A stretch of 64,000 bases of DNA from Christensenella sp. UBA7588 (GTDB taxonomy: Bacteria; Bacillota; Clostridia; Christensenellales; CAG-917), in the NCBI GenBank assembly GCA_002478945.1, contig DLKM01000001.1, positions 81,385 through 145,384 on the forward strand, written 5' to 3'. The translations under genes and the position numbers were made by a program. Below the pieces are notes generated by a model that saw nothing but the letters and a program-made list of their open reading frames with translations, was not told the origin of the DNA and ran no database searches. Positions 26,910-37,476 of this stretch are shown one piece after another. Numbering within the stretch: position 1 is the first letter of the stretch; every line of letters starts with the position of its first letter.

Positions 26910-27680
26910 TCAGCGTATTCTGTTCGATTTTTGAAAGCTCGGTTTTACAATATCGCGCAACAGTATATCCCGAGTTTGACCACCGCCGAAAACGTCGTAT
27001 TTTACCTTAATTCTGTTCAGCTTTTCCATAAACGGTTTTGTCAAAACAAGCAAGAATACGACGTTTGAAAAGACGTATTCCAACGTTACGGGAGCGGCGG
27101 ACGCTACGTTTAACAGATACTCTTGCCAGACGAATTCTCCGCTCATAGCAAGCGTTGTCCAAACGTCCATCAACAGAGAGTACAATACGCCGCTGAAAAC
27201 TCCGAGAAACGCCAAAACGGGCATATTGTATCTGCGCCCGTAAAACATAATTCCCGACAAAAAACCGATAATACCCCACGAGAACATTTGAAACGGCGTC
27301 CACGGACCTTGACCGAAAAATATGTTGGAGACCAACGCCGACATACTGCCTGTAACGAATCCCGCCTCCGCGCCGAGCGCAACGCCCGTAATGATGACGA
27401 TTGCCGTAACGGGCTTAAATCCGGGGACGGGCGCAAAAATCAAACGCCCCACTACGGATATAGCCGTCATCGTGGCAACGATTACGATTTCTCTTGCCGT
27501 ATTTTTCTTTTTTTCGAAAGCCGCCAAAAACGGAATCAAAGAAACGATTGCAATCAAAACGGATACCAACACGTATTTTCTGTCGTTGAAAAGCCAAACG
27601 CCTGCCGCGATAAGGGCAGGTATTGCAACGAAAACGATTGCTATCCCTATGATTTTTCTTGCAAGTTCCTTTTTGCTCAT
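26910..27680 (-). CDS. ECF transporter substrate-specific (S) component
   Basis: 256 aa and multi-helix hydrophobic. Last gene after EcfT and EcfA with a 4-nt overlap. Sits in a cobalamin-riboswitch-controlled operon. Confidence 0.7.
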   Translation of the reverse strand: MSKKELARKIIGIAIVFVAIPALIAAGVWLFNDRKYVLVSVLIAIVSLIPFLAAFEKKKNTAREIVIVATMTAISVVGRLIFAPVPGFKPVTAIVIITGVALGAEAGFVTGSMSALVSNIFFGQGPWTPFQMFSWGIIGFLSGIMFYGRRYNMPVLAFLGVFSGVLYSLLMDVWTTLAMSGEFVWQEYLLNVASAAPVTLEYVFSNVVFLLVLTKPFMEKLNRIKVKYDVFGGGQTRDILLRDIVKPSFQKSNRIR

Positions 27681-29353
27681 AAACCTTTCTTGTTTTTATT
27701 GCACAATTCTATTGCCCTATCGAGCGTCACGGCGTCCGCAAACGTATTGCGAGTAATGCGCCTTGCGGCAGTCGTATAGTAAGCGTTGTTTGCAAAAAAC
27801 GTGATTCTGTCCTCGACAGACACGATTTTTCCGTCAAAGAACATTGCGCATCTGTCTGCGAATTCGGCGGCAAATTCCACGTCGTGCGTAACCAAAACCA
27901 ACGTCTTTCCTTCCGCTTTCAAATCCAAAAGAATTTTTGCAAATTGCTTTTTGGAGTAGGAATCGAGTCCCTTTGTCGGCTCGTCCAAAAGAATGATTTT
28001 GGGTTTCATCAGCAATATTTTTGCCATTGCGACTTTTTGTTGCTCGCCGCCGCTCAAATCGTACGGGTGCTGTTTCGCAAGATGCTCGATTCCCATTTTT
28101 CGCATAACGTCCGCAACGGCCGCGTCTCTGTCTTTTTTGTCGGTTTCGAGCAACCCGGTCAATTCTTTCAAATCGTCGTAAACGGTGTTTTTTACAAACA
28201 AATCCTGCGGATTTTGCGGAAGTGCGGCAAGGTTGCCTCTGTACATCGAATTGCCGTTGTATTCCTTGATTTTTTTGTCCCAGAGCCTATATTTGCCCTT
28301 GTACAATCTGCGAGTGCCTGCGAGAACACGGAGCAACGTCGTTTTTCCCGCGCCGTTCGCGCCGAAAATGCAAAGAATTTCGTTTTCGTACACTTTCAAA
28401 TCGAGTCCGTTCAAAACGTCGTCCGACTCTCTCTCGTATCTGAAATATCCGTCCTTTATCTCGATTGCGACGTTTTTATCGGAATGGCATTCTTCGCGTT
28501 TTTCGAGTTCGTTATCGGGATTAAACCCGTTCTCGACGTACTTTTTGCCCTCTTTTACGGTAAGCGGACACTCCCCCTTTCCGCCCGTGGCTTTGAACAA
28601 CCTAACTGCGGTGGGAAGTCCCTCGAATATATCCAAATCGATTTCTTTTTTGTTGTAAGCCTCTCCGATATTGCGAGGCGTGGTGTTTATCACGACTTTT
28701 GCGTTGTCCATAACCACAACTTTGTTTGCCATTGCAAACGTTTCTTCGAGCCTATGCTCGACGAGGACGACTGTTATTCCCAACTCGTCGTTGAGTTTTT
28801 TCAAACACGTCAAAAATTCGGACGCCGCCACGGGGTCGAGTTGCGCCGTCGGCTCGTCAAGCAACACCACGTCGGGATTCATAACGAGTATGGCCGCCAG
28901 ATTTACCAGTTGTTTTTGTCCGCCGCTGAGTTCGCACGTCTTTTTCTTATACACGTCGGCTATGCCCAAAAATCCGCAAATTTCCGCAACTTTGCGACGA
29001 ATGATTTCGTCTTTTTCTCCGAGACTTTCAAGCCCGAAAGCAAGCTCGTGCCAAACCTTGTCGGTAACTATCTGTTCGTCGGGATTTTGCGTAACGTATC
29101 CGATTGCCGCCGCCGCGGTTCTGTCGTCGAGTTCGTCCACGTTCTTTCCGTCAAAGACAATCGAGCCGAACTTATTGCCCTTGGGAGACAATTCGCGTTT
29201 CATAAGTCGAAGCAAGGTGGTTTTCCCGCATCCGGACTTTCCGCACACAAGCACGAAATCGCCTCGCTCCACGTCGAGCGAAACGTTTTCGAGCGCGTTT
29301 TTGTACGCGCCGTTATAAGCGAACGTCAAATTCTTGATTTCAAATAACGCCAT
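27677..29353 (-). CDS. ecfA: ECF transporter ATPase, fused double ABC domains (EcfA-EcfA')
   Basis: Two Walker A sites (GKSGCGKTT, GANGAGKTT), two signatures (LSGGQKQ, LSGGEQQ) and two Walker B sites (VVLLDEPT, IILLDEPT). Confidence 0.9.
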   Translation of the reverse strand: MALFEIKNLTFAYNGAYKNALENVSLDVERGDFVLVCGKSGCGKTTLLRLMKRELSPKGNKFGSIVFDGKNVDELDDRTAAAAIGYVTQNPDEQIVTDKVWHELAFGLESLGEKDEIIRRKVAEICGFLGIADVYKKKTCELSGGQKQLVNLAAILVMNPDVVLLDEPTAQLDPVAASEFLTCLKKLNDELGITVVLVEHRLEETFAMANKVVVMDNAKVVINTTPRNIGEAYNKKEIDLDIFEGLPTAVRLFKATGGKGECPLTVKEGKKYVENGFNPDNELEKREECHSDKNVAIEIKDGYFRYERESDDVLNGLDLKVYENEILCIFGANGAGKTTLLRVLAGTRRLYKGKYRLWDKKIKEYNGNSMYRGNLAALPQNPQDLFVKNTVYDDLKELTGLLETDKKDRDAAVADVMRKMGIEHLAKQHPYDLSGGEQQKVAMAKILLMKPKIILLDEPTKGLDSYSKKQFAKILLDLKAEGKTLVLVTHDVEFAAEFADRCAMFFDGKIVSVEDRITFFANNAYYTTAARRITRNTFADAVTLDRAIELCNKNKKGL

Positions 29354-30207
29354 TTTATTTCATCCTTTATTTCAAGCACGAGCGACAATGCGAATATCGC
29401 CGCGTAAAGTGCGTAAACGACGCACTCTTTAACTCCGAATTCAAATCCCTTCAAAACGGGATAAAACGACACCTCGGCAAATTTCAATGCGCTCAACACA
29501 ACGCACCCTATTCCCAGCACCGACGTGCAAATCAATATAATCACGTCCTCCGCCGTCCAATGGAAAACCGAAAAACTCGTGCGTCCTTTCAATCCGTAAC
29601 CGCGCGCACGCATACTGTCAGCGGTCATTATGGAATTTTCGAGCGCGGACGTAAGCAAAACGGACAACACTCTGAATTTGCTGCATATCTTATCGACATA
29701 ACTCTTGGACGAATATATGCCGAGTGCCTTTTGCGCCTCGTCGATTTGTTTGTATTTCTTCTTGAATTTCGGAATGAATCCGATAACCATCGAAAGCACG
29801 AGCGAAAGTTTGGGAACGGTTCTTCCGAAAAGATATATAAACTTGTCGCTCGTCATAATCTCGGTGTACGCCTTGCACCAGTAATATACTGCAAACAGCA
29901 TCATCGACGACGACACGCCGTACAAAATCGCTTCTTTCGTGACGGGATTGTCGTTCAAGAAGAACAGAATCGTGTCGCCTTTATGCACGAAAATCGGATT
30001 TATCATCGCAACGATTATCATAAGCGGCAAAGAATACGCTATGCTGATAAACAGTTTTTTCGCGCCTATGCAAATTCCGCAAAAACAAATTGCGCACACG
30101 AGCGATATTGCAAGCGCATACGGGTTTAACGTGAACATCGTGATTGCAATGGCAAAGAGCAAATACACGAATGCGGTCATAGGATGAAGTCTGTCAAAAT
30201 ATCTCAT
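29326..30207 (-). CDS. ecfT: ECF transporter transmembrane (T) component
   Basis: Start moved to ATG 30207 (MRYFDRLHPMTAFVY...), preceded by GGGGGAG. Hydrophobic, with an ...MRARGY... coupling-helix-like segment. Confidence 0.8.
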   Translation of the reverse strand: MRYFDRLHPMTAFVYLLFAIAITMFTLNPYALAISLVCAICFCGICIGAKKLFISIAYSLPLMIIVAMINPIFVHKGDTILFFLNDNPVTKEAILYGVSSSMMLFAVYYWCKAYTEIMTSDKFIYLFGRTVPKLSLVLSMVIGFIPKFKKKYKQIDEAQKALGIYSSKSYVDKICSKFRVLSVLLTSALENSIMTADSMRARGYGLKGRTSFSVFHWTAEDVIILICTSVLGIGCVVLSALKFAEVSFYPVLKGFEFGVKECVVYALYAAIFALSLVLEIKDEIKWRYLKSRI

Positions 30208-30743
30208 ATCTCCCCCATATAACCGCCGACGTCTCGTCCGAGGTCGCAGGTGTACACCCATTCGACCACGTCTCCGTTTTTAAGCGTGTATTTCGAGCAA
30301 CCGTAATTTGGAAAAACGCCGTTGACTTTGTACATCCAGCCCGACAGTTCTCCGCAAGAAAACTCGTAAAGTTGATTGATGCCTTGGACGTAAATACTTC
30401 CGTAATTTGCCGAATACACGCACTCCATTTGAATTTTGTGATGGCGCACGGCGCGATTAAGCACGTCGTAAACGGTGTCGTCTTTGCGCAAAACCATAAC
30501 GTAATCGTCCAAAATTATTCCGCTTTGCGGAACGTATTTTTCATATTTCAGATTGTCGTCGAGCTTATCCCAGTTGTCCAAAATAGTGTCGCAACGAATA
30601 GAAATCGTTATCGTTTCGCTGTCTTCTTTTATATCGTCGATATGCGTAAGATAATAATCGTCCACGGACTGTATTTTCGTTCCGCACGCGATTATCACAA
30701 CGATAAAAACGATTATTAAAATTGCGACAATATCTTTTTTCAT
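30204..30743 (-). CDS. DUF4430-domain (transcobalamin-like) membrane-anchored protein
   Basis: Start moved to ATG 30743 (MKKDIVAILIIVFIVVIIACG...). C-terminal GELSGWMYKVNGVFPNYGCSKYTLKNGDVVEWVYTCDLGRDVGG is the DUF4430 signature as I remember it. Confidence 0.7.
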   Translation of the reverse strand: MKKDIVAILIIVFIVVIIACGTKIQSVDDYYLTHIDDIKEDSETITISIRCDTILDNWDKLDDNLKYEKYVPQSGIILDDYVMVLRKDDTVYDVLNRAVRHHKIQMECVYSANYGSIYVQGINQLYEFSCGELSGWMYKVNGVFPNYGCSKYTLKNGDVVEWVYTCDLGRDVGGYMGEI

Positions 30744-32629
30744 TATTCTTCGCTTTCGGGCATCGCTTTTGCGAGTTTTGCTTTTTTTCTTTTTTTGACA
30801 CCTACGCCCACGCCGATTGCCAAAGCCACCGCAACCGTACCCAAAGTGAGCGACAATATCAATGCAAGTTCGAGATTGTCGACTTGCGTTTTGCACTTCA
30901 TAAGTCCTTCTATATCCGATTGCTCGAGCAGACTTCTATCGTATTCGTCGAGCGCGATATACCTGTCGTAAAGCGAGTATACCGTCTTTTTGTCTTTTAG
31001 CGATATTTTATCGAACGGATAAAGTTTTTGCTTGATTTCAATCTTTATGGCGTCGATTTCAGCGGATAAAGTATCGATTTCGTTTTTTGCCTTTTCAAGT
31101 TTCGCAACGTAACGTTGCTTGCCGTCAAAGTCGAAAGAGTGCTTTATTTTGGCATACAGGGTAAGAACCTGCGTCTTGTAAGACATATTCAACTTGAGCG
31201 GCAAAGCGTCCGTTCTGTCCTTGTCCGCTTGCGTGAACTCCTGCATAGGCTCGATAACGCCTGCGTCTCCGCTATTGTACTCCATCTTTTCTTCGACGTA
31301 AGGAATGTCTGCGCTTTTAAGCAACCTCGAAAGTTTTTTGTAGTTGTAAACGTAACTTCTTTCGGACGCGTCAATACAGAGATACTCCTCGTATAATTGC
31401 GCAATTTCCGCACGCGACGCAATGGGAGAAACTGCGTCGATTTTTGCTTTTATCGCGGATATTTGCGATTTGACTTCTTCGCTTTGTTCGGGACGAAAAT
31501 CGTACAATCTTCTCTGTCCTTTCATAAGGCGCATAATAGCCGCCATACCGTAAAGAGCCTGCTCGCTTGCCATCGTGTTGGACTTATCGGGAAGCGAAGT
31601 GGGATTGTCCGCGTCATACTCAAACGAATGCAAAAAACCGCCGTCCGAGTTGCGATACTTGATTATGCCGTCCCATAGGGTTTTCCCGTCGCAAACGAAA
31701 TCCGCGTCGTCGAAAATACTTCTTCCGAGCGAGCATAGCGCAACCGCGACTTGCACCGCGCTCTCGCTGTTTGCGCTTCCCCAACTGACGTAGCCTCCGT
31801 CGGTCTGTTGCAGTTCTGACAATTTCTCGAGCGCACGGTCGACCGCCTCTCTTACCTTGCTCGTTTGCGCGGTCTCGGATATGTTTTTATTTATATACGA
31901 ATATTCTTTTTCGCTGTTGTAATACGGAGCGAGTGCCTGAATCGCCATTGCGGTTATATCGGGGTCGGCAACGGTGCCGCTGAGCGCCCAACCGCCGCCG
32001 TCAAGCTCTCTGTTGAGAATATTGAGGATTATATCGTCTCTCGTATAATGCGCGTCGGACGGCACGGCGTAATACATGCTGTCGAGAGTTATAAGCCCCC
32101 AAATAAAACCGTTTATGCCCTGTTTGCCGAGAATACCTTTTCCGTCCGAATCGGTTCTGTCATAAGTGCCGTCCGCAATCAAATCGATATTGCCGTCGTT
32201 GCCTGCCTTTCTCGGGTTTCCGCCGCAAGCGAGAATGGCAAGAGATATGCGATGCCACTCCGTCGCTTTTGCCTTGTCCAATTTGTTTTCGGTGGCGTAT
32301 CTTTTGCTAACCGCGTCGGCAATCGTCGCAAGATAACCGCTTTGGTTGTCCTCTATGCCGAGCCTGCCGAGACCTATAGGATACCAATCCCCCGGAGTCG
32401 TGCCTGCATATCGTAAAAAAGCGTCGTTTATGAGATACTCGTTCTTTGCGCTGCCGACGTCGGATTTCTTCCAATCGATAATGCCCTGCGCAACTTTTTC
32501 AACGTCGGAATAAGCAGTTGCCGCATACGCCGTACCGCTCAACCGATTCAACGGCAAAATCGCAACCGCACATACGATTGCAACGACGAGCATTACCGCA
32601 ACACCGATTCCGAGAAATTTTTTCTTCAT
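30743..32629 (-). CDS. Prenyltransferase/squalene-cyclase-repeat (alpha/alpha toroid) surface protein with C-terminal membrane anchor
   Basis: Signal sequence MKKKFLGIGVAVMLVVAIV (start ATG 32629). Repeats such as GGWALSGTVADPDITAMAIQAL and DGGYVSWGSANSESAVQVAVAL. C-terminal TM helix plus KKRKKAK tail. Confidence 0.65.
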   Translation of the reverse strand: MKKKFLGIGVAVMLVVAIVCAVAILPLNRLSGTAYAATAYSDVEKVAQGIIDWKKSDVGSAKNEYLINDAFLRYAGTTPGDWYPIGLGRLGIEDNQSGYLATIADAVSKRYATENKLDKAKATEWHRISLAILACGGNPRKAGNDGNIDLIADGTYDRTDSDGKGILGKQGINGFIWGLITLDSMYYAVPSDAHYTRDDIILNILNRELDGGGWALSGTVADPDITAMAIQALAPYYNSEKEYSYINKNISETAQTSKVREAVDRALEKLSELQQTDGGYVSWGSANSESAVQVAVALCSLGRSIFDDADFVCDGKTLWDGIIKYRNSDGGFLHSFEYDADNPTSLPDKSNTMASEQALYGMAAIMRLMKGQRRLYDFRPEQSEEVKSQISAIKAKIDAVSPIASRAEIAQLYEEYLCIDASERSYVYNYKKLSRLLKSADIPYVEEKMEYNSGDAGVIEPMQEFTQADKDRTDALPLKLNMSYKTQVLTLYAKIKHSFDFDGKQRYVAKLEKAKNEIDTLSAEIDAIKIEIKQKLYPFDKISLKDKKTVYSLYDRYIALDEYDRSLLEQSDIEGLMKCKTQVDNLELALILSLTLGTVAVALAIGVGVGVKKRKKAKLAKAMPESEE

Positions 32630-34491
32630 AAATAATACTCTTTTATTTTTGTTAATTCGTCGTCGAGAACGCTTTGCTTCACGTTCCATACTGCGATTTT
32701 TCGTATAGTTTCATTGAGTGCGTCGCTACCCTTTCCGTAGTAATCGCGCGCCGCCACGTCGGCAATCAAAGTGTGGATTGTTTTATAATCGGCGTTGTTC
32801 GTGTTGTAGTTGCTTCCGCCGAAACCTACCGCGTCGCTTCCTCCCAAATCTGCTCCGAGACAGAGTGTAAACTGCACTCTCACCACGTCTCCGTCTTGCG
32901 GATAATAATCGGCAAATCCGTAGTTCGGGAAAGAGCCGTTCACGCTGAACATCCACCCCGAGCCGCTTGCATAATCAAATTCTCCGAGAGTATATTTCCC
33001 GTCTTTCGGAGCAATGCTTTCCGCAAAAATCGAAAGACCGTTTTCTTTCATTATTTTCAACAACTCGTCGTTTATCTTGTTGTTTTCAAGCGATAAACCG
33101 CCGATTTGCGCAAGATAGAACCCTTTGTCCAACGTTCCCGTGTTCTGATACGTCCACCCGTTTTTCTCTATCTCCGCGCAGAGATATTTGGCGTAATTCA
33201 CGCCCTTATAAATCTTGACTTCCGTCGGAGCAAGGATATAACCGCAATCGATTGTAAAGCCCTCTATCGACAAAACCGTCGTACCGATACAACCGTCCGC
33301 ATCCGCGCCGATATAGGTTATGCGCACGTCTTTGTCAGCCGTCTTATTGCCGTACGTTATGTGCGCGCGCAATACGGTTGCTTTGCCGAAAGCGTTCTTA
33401 TACCTTCCGCCCTCGAAGTTAAGTCTATAACTCGTCTTGACTTGGTCGCTCCATACTTTCGCAATTTCGGACGACGTCAATTCTTCAAAATTTTCGACTC
33501 CGTCGTCTGCGTCGAAGTCCGCAAAAAACGTTACGTCGGAGTCCTCGAGTTTTTTCCCGAGTCCGTTTTTTGCCACCACGTCAAACGTCGTTCTATCGCC
33601 CTTGAACTGTTTGCCGTCCTCAAGCGTAAACAATTCGAAATACGGCTCTTTATCGCAATACGACACGACGTATTCTTTTTTGTACGTCATATTGTCTTTG
33701 CACGCCGCAAGCTCAAAAACGTATTCTCCGTCGTCGGTAAAGACGTACTCGAATTTGATACCGTTACCCTCCAACGCTTTGCCGTCTACGCTCGCTTTCA
33801 AATCGCATACATCGCTTCCGTACACCGCAATAGCGCGGAAAGACAACTCTGCCGAGTCGGTCGTGACGGACTTCAAATCCGTATTTATTCTAAAGCCCGA
33901 ATATTCTATCTTTTCGTCTCTTTGGACTATGACGTCGCCTTTTCTCGCAATAAAACTAAAATCGTATTCGCCTTTCGTCAGCGGCACGGAAAACTTGCCG
34001 TCTTTGGAATCGAGCGCATTGCCGCCGCAAAGAACCGTAATACTGCAAGGCAACTCTCCGTAAGTCGCGCTTGCCGAAAAATACAGCACGTCATTGACGA
34101 TTCTTTTGTCCGTTATATCCGTATATATCGTCACTTCTTGTTTGACGTAAGTGACGGTATAGTCTCTTTCGTATTTATCGTTACCGCCGAAAGCGGCAAT
34201 CGTTATGGTGTTTTTGCCCTCGTCGAGAATCGCGACGTATTTTCCGTCGTCTCCTATATCGAGAGGTTTTCCGTTTACGCTTACGCCAACGTCGCACGGC
34301 TCGTCGTTATAATATGCCGTCGCGGCAAATTCAAGCGTTTGCTCGTACATGACGCATCCGTCGGTAAGCGAGCAAGAGAGCGTGAAATCGCGCTCTGCGT
34401 CGCAAGCGACGACGCAGAGCGTCAAAATCACGAGCATCAGCGCAACGAAAACAAGTCGCGCCTTATTTGTATTATTCCTGATACGTTGCAT
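32626..34491 (-). CDS. Large secreted/lipoprotein with repeated beta-rich modules and a C-terminal DUF4430 domain
   Basis: Start set to ATG 34491 (the track start 34524 is TTG). Signal and lipobox LVFVALMLVILTLCVVAC. C-terminal SGSGWMFSVNGSFPNYGFADYYPQDGDVVRVQFTLCLGADLGG. Confidence 0.65.
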   Translation of the reverse strand: MQRIRNNTNKARLVFVALMLVILTLCVVACDAERDFTLSCSLTDGCVMYEQTLEFAATAYYNDEPCDVGVSVNGKPLDIGDDGKYVAILDEGKNTITIAAFGGNDKYERDYTVTYVKQEVTIYTDITDKRIVNDVLYFSASATYGELPCSITVLCGGNALDSKDGKFSVPLTKGEYDFSFIARKGDVIVQRDEKIEYSGFRINTDLKSVTTDSAELSFRAIAVYGSDVCDLKASVDGKALEGNGIKFEYVFTDDGEYVFELAACKDNMTYKKEYVVSYCDKEPYFELFTLEDGKQFKGDRTTFDVVAKNGLGKKLEDSDVTFFADFDADDGVENFEELTSSEIAKVWSDQVKTSYRLNFEGGRYKNAFGKATVLRAHITYGNKTADKDVRITYIGADADGCIGTTVLSIEGFTIDCGYILAPTEVKIYKGVNYAKYLCAEIEKNGWTYQNTGTLDKGFYLAQIGGLSLENNKINDELLKIMKENGLSIFAESIAPKDGKYTLGEFDYASGSGWMFSVNGSFPNYGFADYYPQDGDVVRVQFTLCLGADLGGSDAVGFGGSNYNTNNADYKTIHTLIADVAARDYYGKGSDALNETIRKIAVWNVKQSVLDDELTKIKEYYL

Positions 34492-36979
34492 TGAAAATAA
34501 TTTCCGCCGACAGTCCGTTTTCAAGCGTGACCGTCACTTTGATTTTGAATGAATCGCCGTCAAAGAGCCACCCCGCCATATTGCTTAACGCAAAATTTAC
34601 GGTTGCACTCGTGTTGTCGCTCGACAACGTTGCCGTAAGATTGTCGTTTTCGGTAAAAGAGCCGTATATGTTTAATTCGACCGTTATCGATGCGATTTTC
34701 GCAGCGGACGAACCCATACTACATTGCAATTCGATAGTCCAATCGTCGCTTACCGTATTTCCGCTCGTCGGGGTTTCACTGACGAGTTCGGGGGCTTTTT
34801 CAAAGTATTGAGCGTCAAAAATCTTATCAAGCGTGATGCTCTCGCTTTGATTGATTTCCACCTTGATATGATGTTCTTTGGTAACGTCGTAATCCCACAT
34901 AAGCAAAGTATCGGAATCGAATACGACGGTTGCGACATTATCGGAATATGTAACGTTTATTCCGCTGAACGGCGTGGCAAAACTCGTGGAATAACCGCAA
35001 TCGACGTATATTTTCACAAGGTTTTCAATCTCTTGTTTTACGCCTGCAACGTTTTCAGCCCAAACGGTAAATGTGAGATTGCCGTTTGTCCACACTACTT
35101 TTTGTCCGTCTTTGAGGCCGGTTTTGAGCGTCCATTTGCCGTCTTTAGTTACCGTATACGTCATCGTATCGGAAGTTTTTCCGCCAAAAGACGCTACGAT
35201 TTCGATTGTGTTGACTCCGTCGATAAGGGTTGCGGTATAACCGTTCGCGCCCTTTTCAATCTCGGTGCCGTTGACTTTGACAGCTACGTTTGCCGCATCG
35301 TCTCCATAAGTTGCCGCGACCGTAAAATCAACGGTATCGGTTGCAACCGTCATATTGTTCGCGATGCCTTTTACGTCGATTGAGAAAAACAAATATCTTG
35401 CGCCGTAATTCACTTTGCAGTTGCCGCTCCAGTTGTTGCCGAGAGTGACTTTATTGCCCGTTTCGGCGTAATAACCGTATTCGTCAAAGCCTGCGTTCAA
35501 CGTCGCAGAGCAAACGGAAAACGCGCTATATCCGATAGACGTAAGTTCGCAAGCGGTCAAATCGATGCTCGCAAGAGACTTTGCGTTTACGAATGCGCTC
35601 GGTTTGATAACCTTGAGCGTGTTTGGCGCAACGTAAGAGGTTGCGTCGTTGTTTGCGTACTTAATCAATGCGGTTTTGTCAGAATCGTAAAGCGCGCCGT
35701 TTTCGGAGGAAAGGAACAGACTTCCGACGTCCACGGTTATGTTTTCAAGACCGCCGATATTACCCAAAAATTGAGCGTTGTCGAGATACTTGAACCCATA
35801 CTCGCTCTCATACGCTTCGCTTTGCGCTTTCGTAAGATTGAGATTGAGCATTGCGGGAAGTTTGACGTTTTTCACGGCGCAGTAATAAACGCTTTGTCTG
35901 CCGAAAACTTCGATTGCCGTCTCGGAAAAGTCAAGCGTATCCGCCTTTACGTACCAGAAACACATCTGTCCCGTCACTTTCAACGAGTCGAGTCCGCTCA
36001 TATCGATTGAATCAACGTTCCAAGTATCGTTCGTACCGGGATTATAATAGTAGAAGCAATGTTCTCCGAGAACTTCGAGTTTGCTAAGTCCGCTGATGTC
36101 GACTCTCTTGAGGTTTACGCAGTTTTGAAAGTTTGAATTTCCGATTTTAGTGATGTTTTTGCAACCGCTGATGTCTACGCTCTTGAGATAATCGTTTTCG
36201 CTTATCGCTCTTGCTTCGAGCGTGACGATTTCATCGGAAGCCACGACGAGGTTCTCGAATCTGAATTTACCGTACGACAAATCGAGGACATTTTCTCCGC
36301 CCTTTATCGTAAGAGAAACCAACGAGTTCGGTATTGCATAATTATCGGTGCCGACCGTGTATTTATAGCAGTTTTCGGGAATCGTTTCGACCTTTTCAAA
36401 AAGTTTTGCGAAATCGTTATTGGATTTTACAAACGGTACGGAAAGACTTTCGAGATTTTTCAACGCCGCAAGCGCGCCTTCTTCGATAGCGGTATAAGAT
36501 TTGCCGACAACAAGCGTTTTAACTTCGTCCGCATTGCCGATTGCGTTTGCTTTGATACCGATTACGGGTTTCGAATCGTAAGTTTCGGGCAAAACGAGAT
36601 TTTCCGCACCTTTGATGTATGTAAGCACATACGCGCTTTGGTCGTCGGTTGCTTCGTACGCGACGAGAATTTCCCACGTTGCTTTTACGGTCACGTTCGC
36701 AGTTACGGTCACGGAGGTTACGATTTCGCCGTCAAGCGTCCACGCTTTTAATTGCGCGTTTTCTTTTTCGGGAACGTATTTGCTCAAGTCGACGACCGTG
36801 TTCTCGTCCACGGTAACGCTCGTGCTTTCCATACTTCCGCCGTCGAGGTCGAAAGTCAGCGTGTAGCGATTGACAGACGGTTTTTCGTCGCCGTTACCGT
36901 CGTTCGTATCGCACGCGACAAACAAACACACGCACAGCATCAATGCAAGAAGCACCGATAACAATTTGATTTTTTTCAT
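34472..36979 (-). CDS. Lipoprotein with BspA-type leucine-rich repeats and Ig-like repeats
   Basis: Start at ATG 36979 (MKKIKLLSVLLALMLCVCLFVAC), preceded by AGGAGA. LRR-like segments (NCVNLKRVDISGLSKLEVLGEHCF...). First gene after the riboswitch. Confidence 0.7.
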   Translation of the reverse strand: MKKIKLLSVLLALMLCVCLFVACDTNDGNGDEKPSVNRYTLTFDLDGGSMESTSVTVDENTVVDLSKYVPEKENAQLKAWTLDGEIVTSVTVTANVTVKATWEILVAYEATDDQSAYVLTYIKGAENLVLPETYDSKPVIGIKANAIGNADEVKTLVVGKSYTAIEEGALAALKNLESLSVPFVKSNNDFAKLFEKVETIPENCYKYTVGTDNYAIPNSLVSLTIKGGENVLDLSYGKFRFENLVVASDEIVTLEARAISENDYLKSVDISGCKNITKIGNSNFQNCVNLKRVDISGLSKLEVLGEHCFYYYNPGTNDTWNVDSIDMSGLDSLKVTGQMCFWYVKADTLDFSETAIEVFGRQSVYYCAVKNVKLPAMLNLNLTKAQSEAYESEYGFKYLDNAQFLGNIGGLENITVDVGSLFLSSENGALYDSDKTALIKYANNDATSYVAPNTLKVIKPSAFVNAKSLASIDLTACELTSIGYSAFSVCSATLNAGFDEYGYYAETGNKVTLGNNWSGNCKVNYGARYLFFSIDVKGIANNMTVATDTVDFTVAATYGDDAANVAVKVNGTEIEKGANGYTATLIDGVNTIEIVASFGGKTSDTMTYTVTKDGKWTLKTGLKDGQKVVWTNGNLTFTVWAENVAGVKQEIENLVKIYVDCGYSTSFATPFSGINVTYSDNVATVVFDSDTLLMWDYDVTKEHHIKVEINQSESITLDKIFDAQYFEKAPELVSETPTSGNTVSDDWTIELQCSMGSSAAKIASITVELNIYGSFTENDNLTATLSSDNTSATVNFALSNMAGWLFDGDSFKIKVTVTLENGLSAEIIFNATYQE

Positions 36980-37035
36980 TGATTTCTCCTTTGTTTTATT
37001 AAAACAAAACACTCAAATCTTTCCGAAAAATTCCA

Positions 37036-37243
37036 CAAAAAAAGCGAAACGTCCGAAACCGGCGTTCGCTTCTCACCACAACGACTACCGAATACGGTGG
37101 CGTGCTGACTCAAGACAACAAACAGACTTATCCTCATATAATCGTCTAATACAGCAATGGCGGTTGTTCGGGACTCAAACCCGATTTCCTAAATCTACTC
37201 AGTTGACAACTTTTCAAACCGTATCAATCATCATATTCAGTTT
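37036..37243 (-). promoter_or_regulatory. Cobalamin (B12) riboswitch with intrinsic terminator as expression platform
   Basis: The reverse strand reads AGGAAAUCGGGUUUGAGUCCCGAACAACCGCCAUUGCUGUA, which matches the conserved core GGAA..GGU...A.UCC...C..CCGC.A..G.UGUA. GAGUCAGCACGCCACC matches the first half of the B12 box (rAGYCMG). It is followed by the hairpin AGCGAACGCCGG-UUU-CGGACGUUUCGCU plus U7. Confidence 0.7.
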
Positions 37244-37249
37244 TATACG

Positions 37250-37278
37250 ATTATACACCAAAACGCCTCCCTTCACAA
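37250..37278 (-). promoter_or_regulatory. Sigma-A promoter of the riboswitch-controlled operon
   Basis: The reverse strand has TTGTGA (37278-37273), a 17-nt spacer, then TATAAT (37255-37250). Confidence 0.6.
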
Positions 37279-37476
37279 CTGTTTGATTCAAATACGGTTT
37301 TGTATTCTATACAAAAGAATCGTTCTTTGCTTGTCACGCTTGCGAAAAGAAATCCGTTTTATATAGCTTTTTCGCTCGATTTGCCTATAATATATTAAAT
37401 CGCAAGTGCCGTAAAAAATATTGTATTACGATAAAAAACGTGATATTATCAAATAAACAATCGCTGCGAGGTATTT

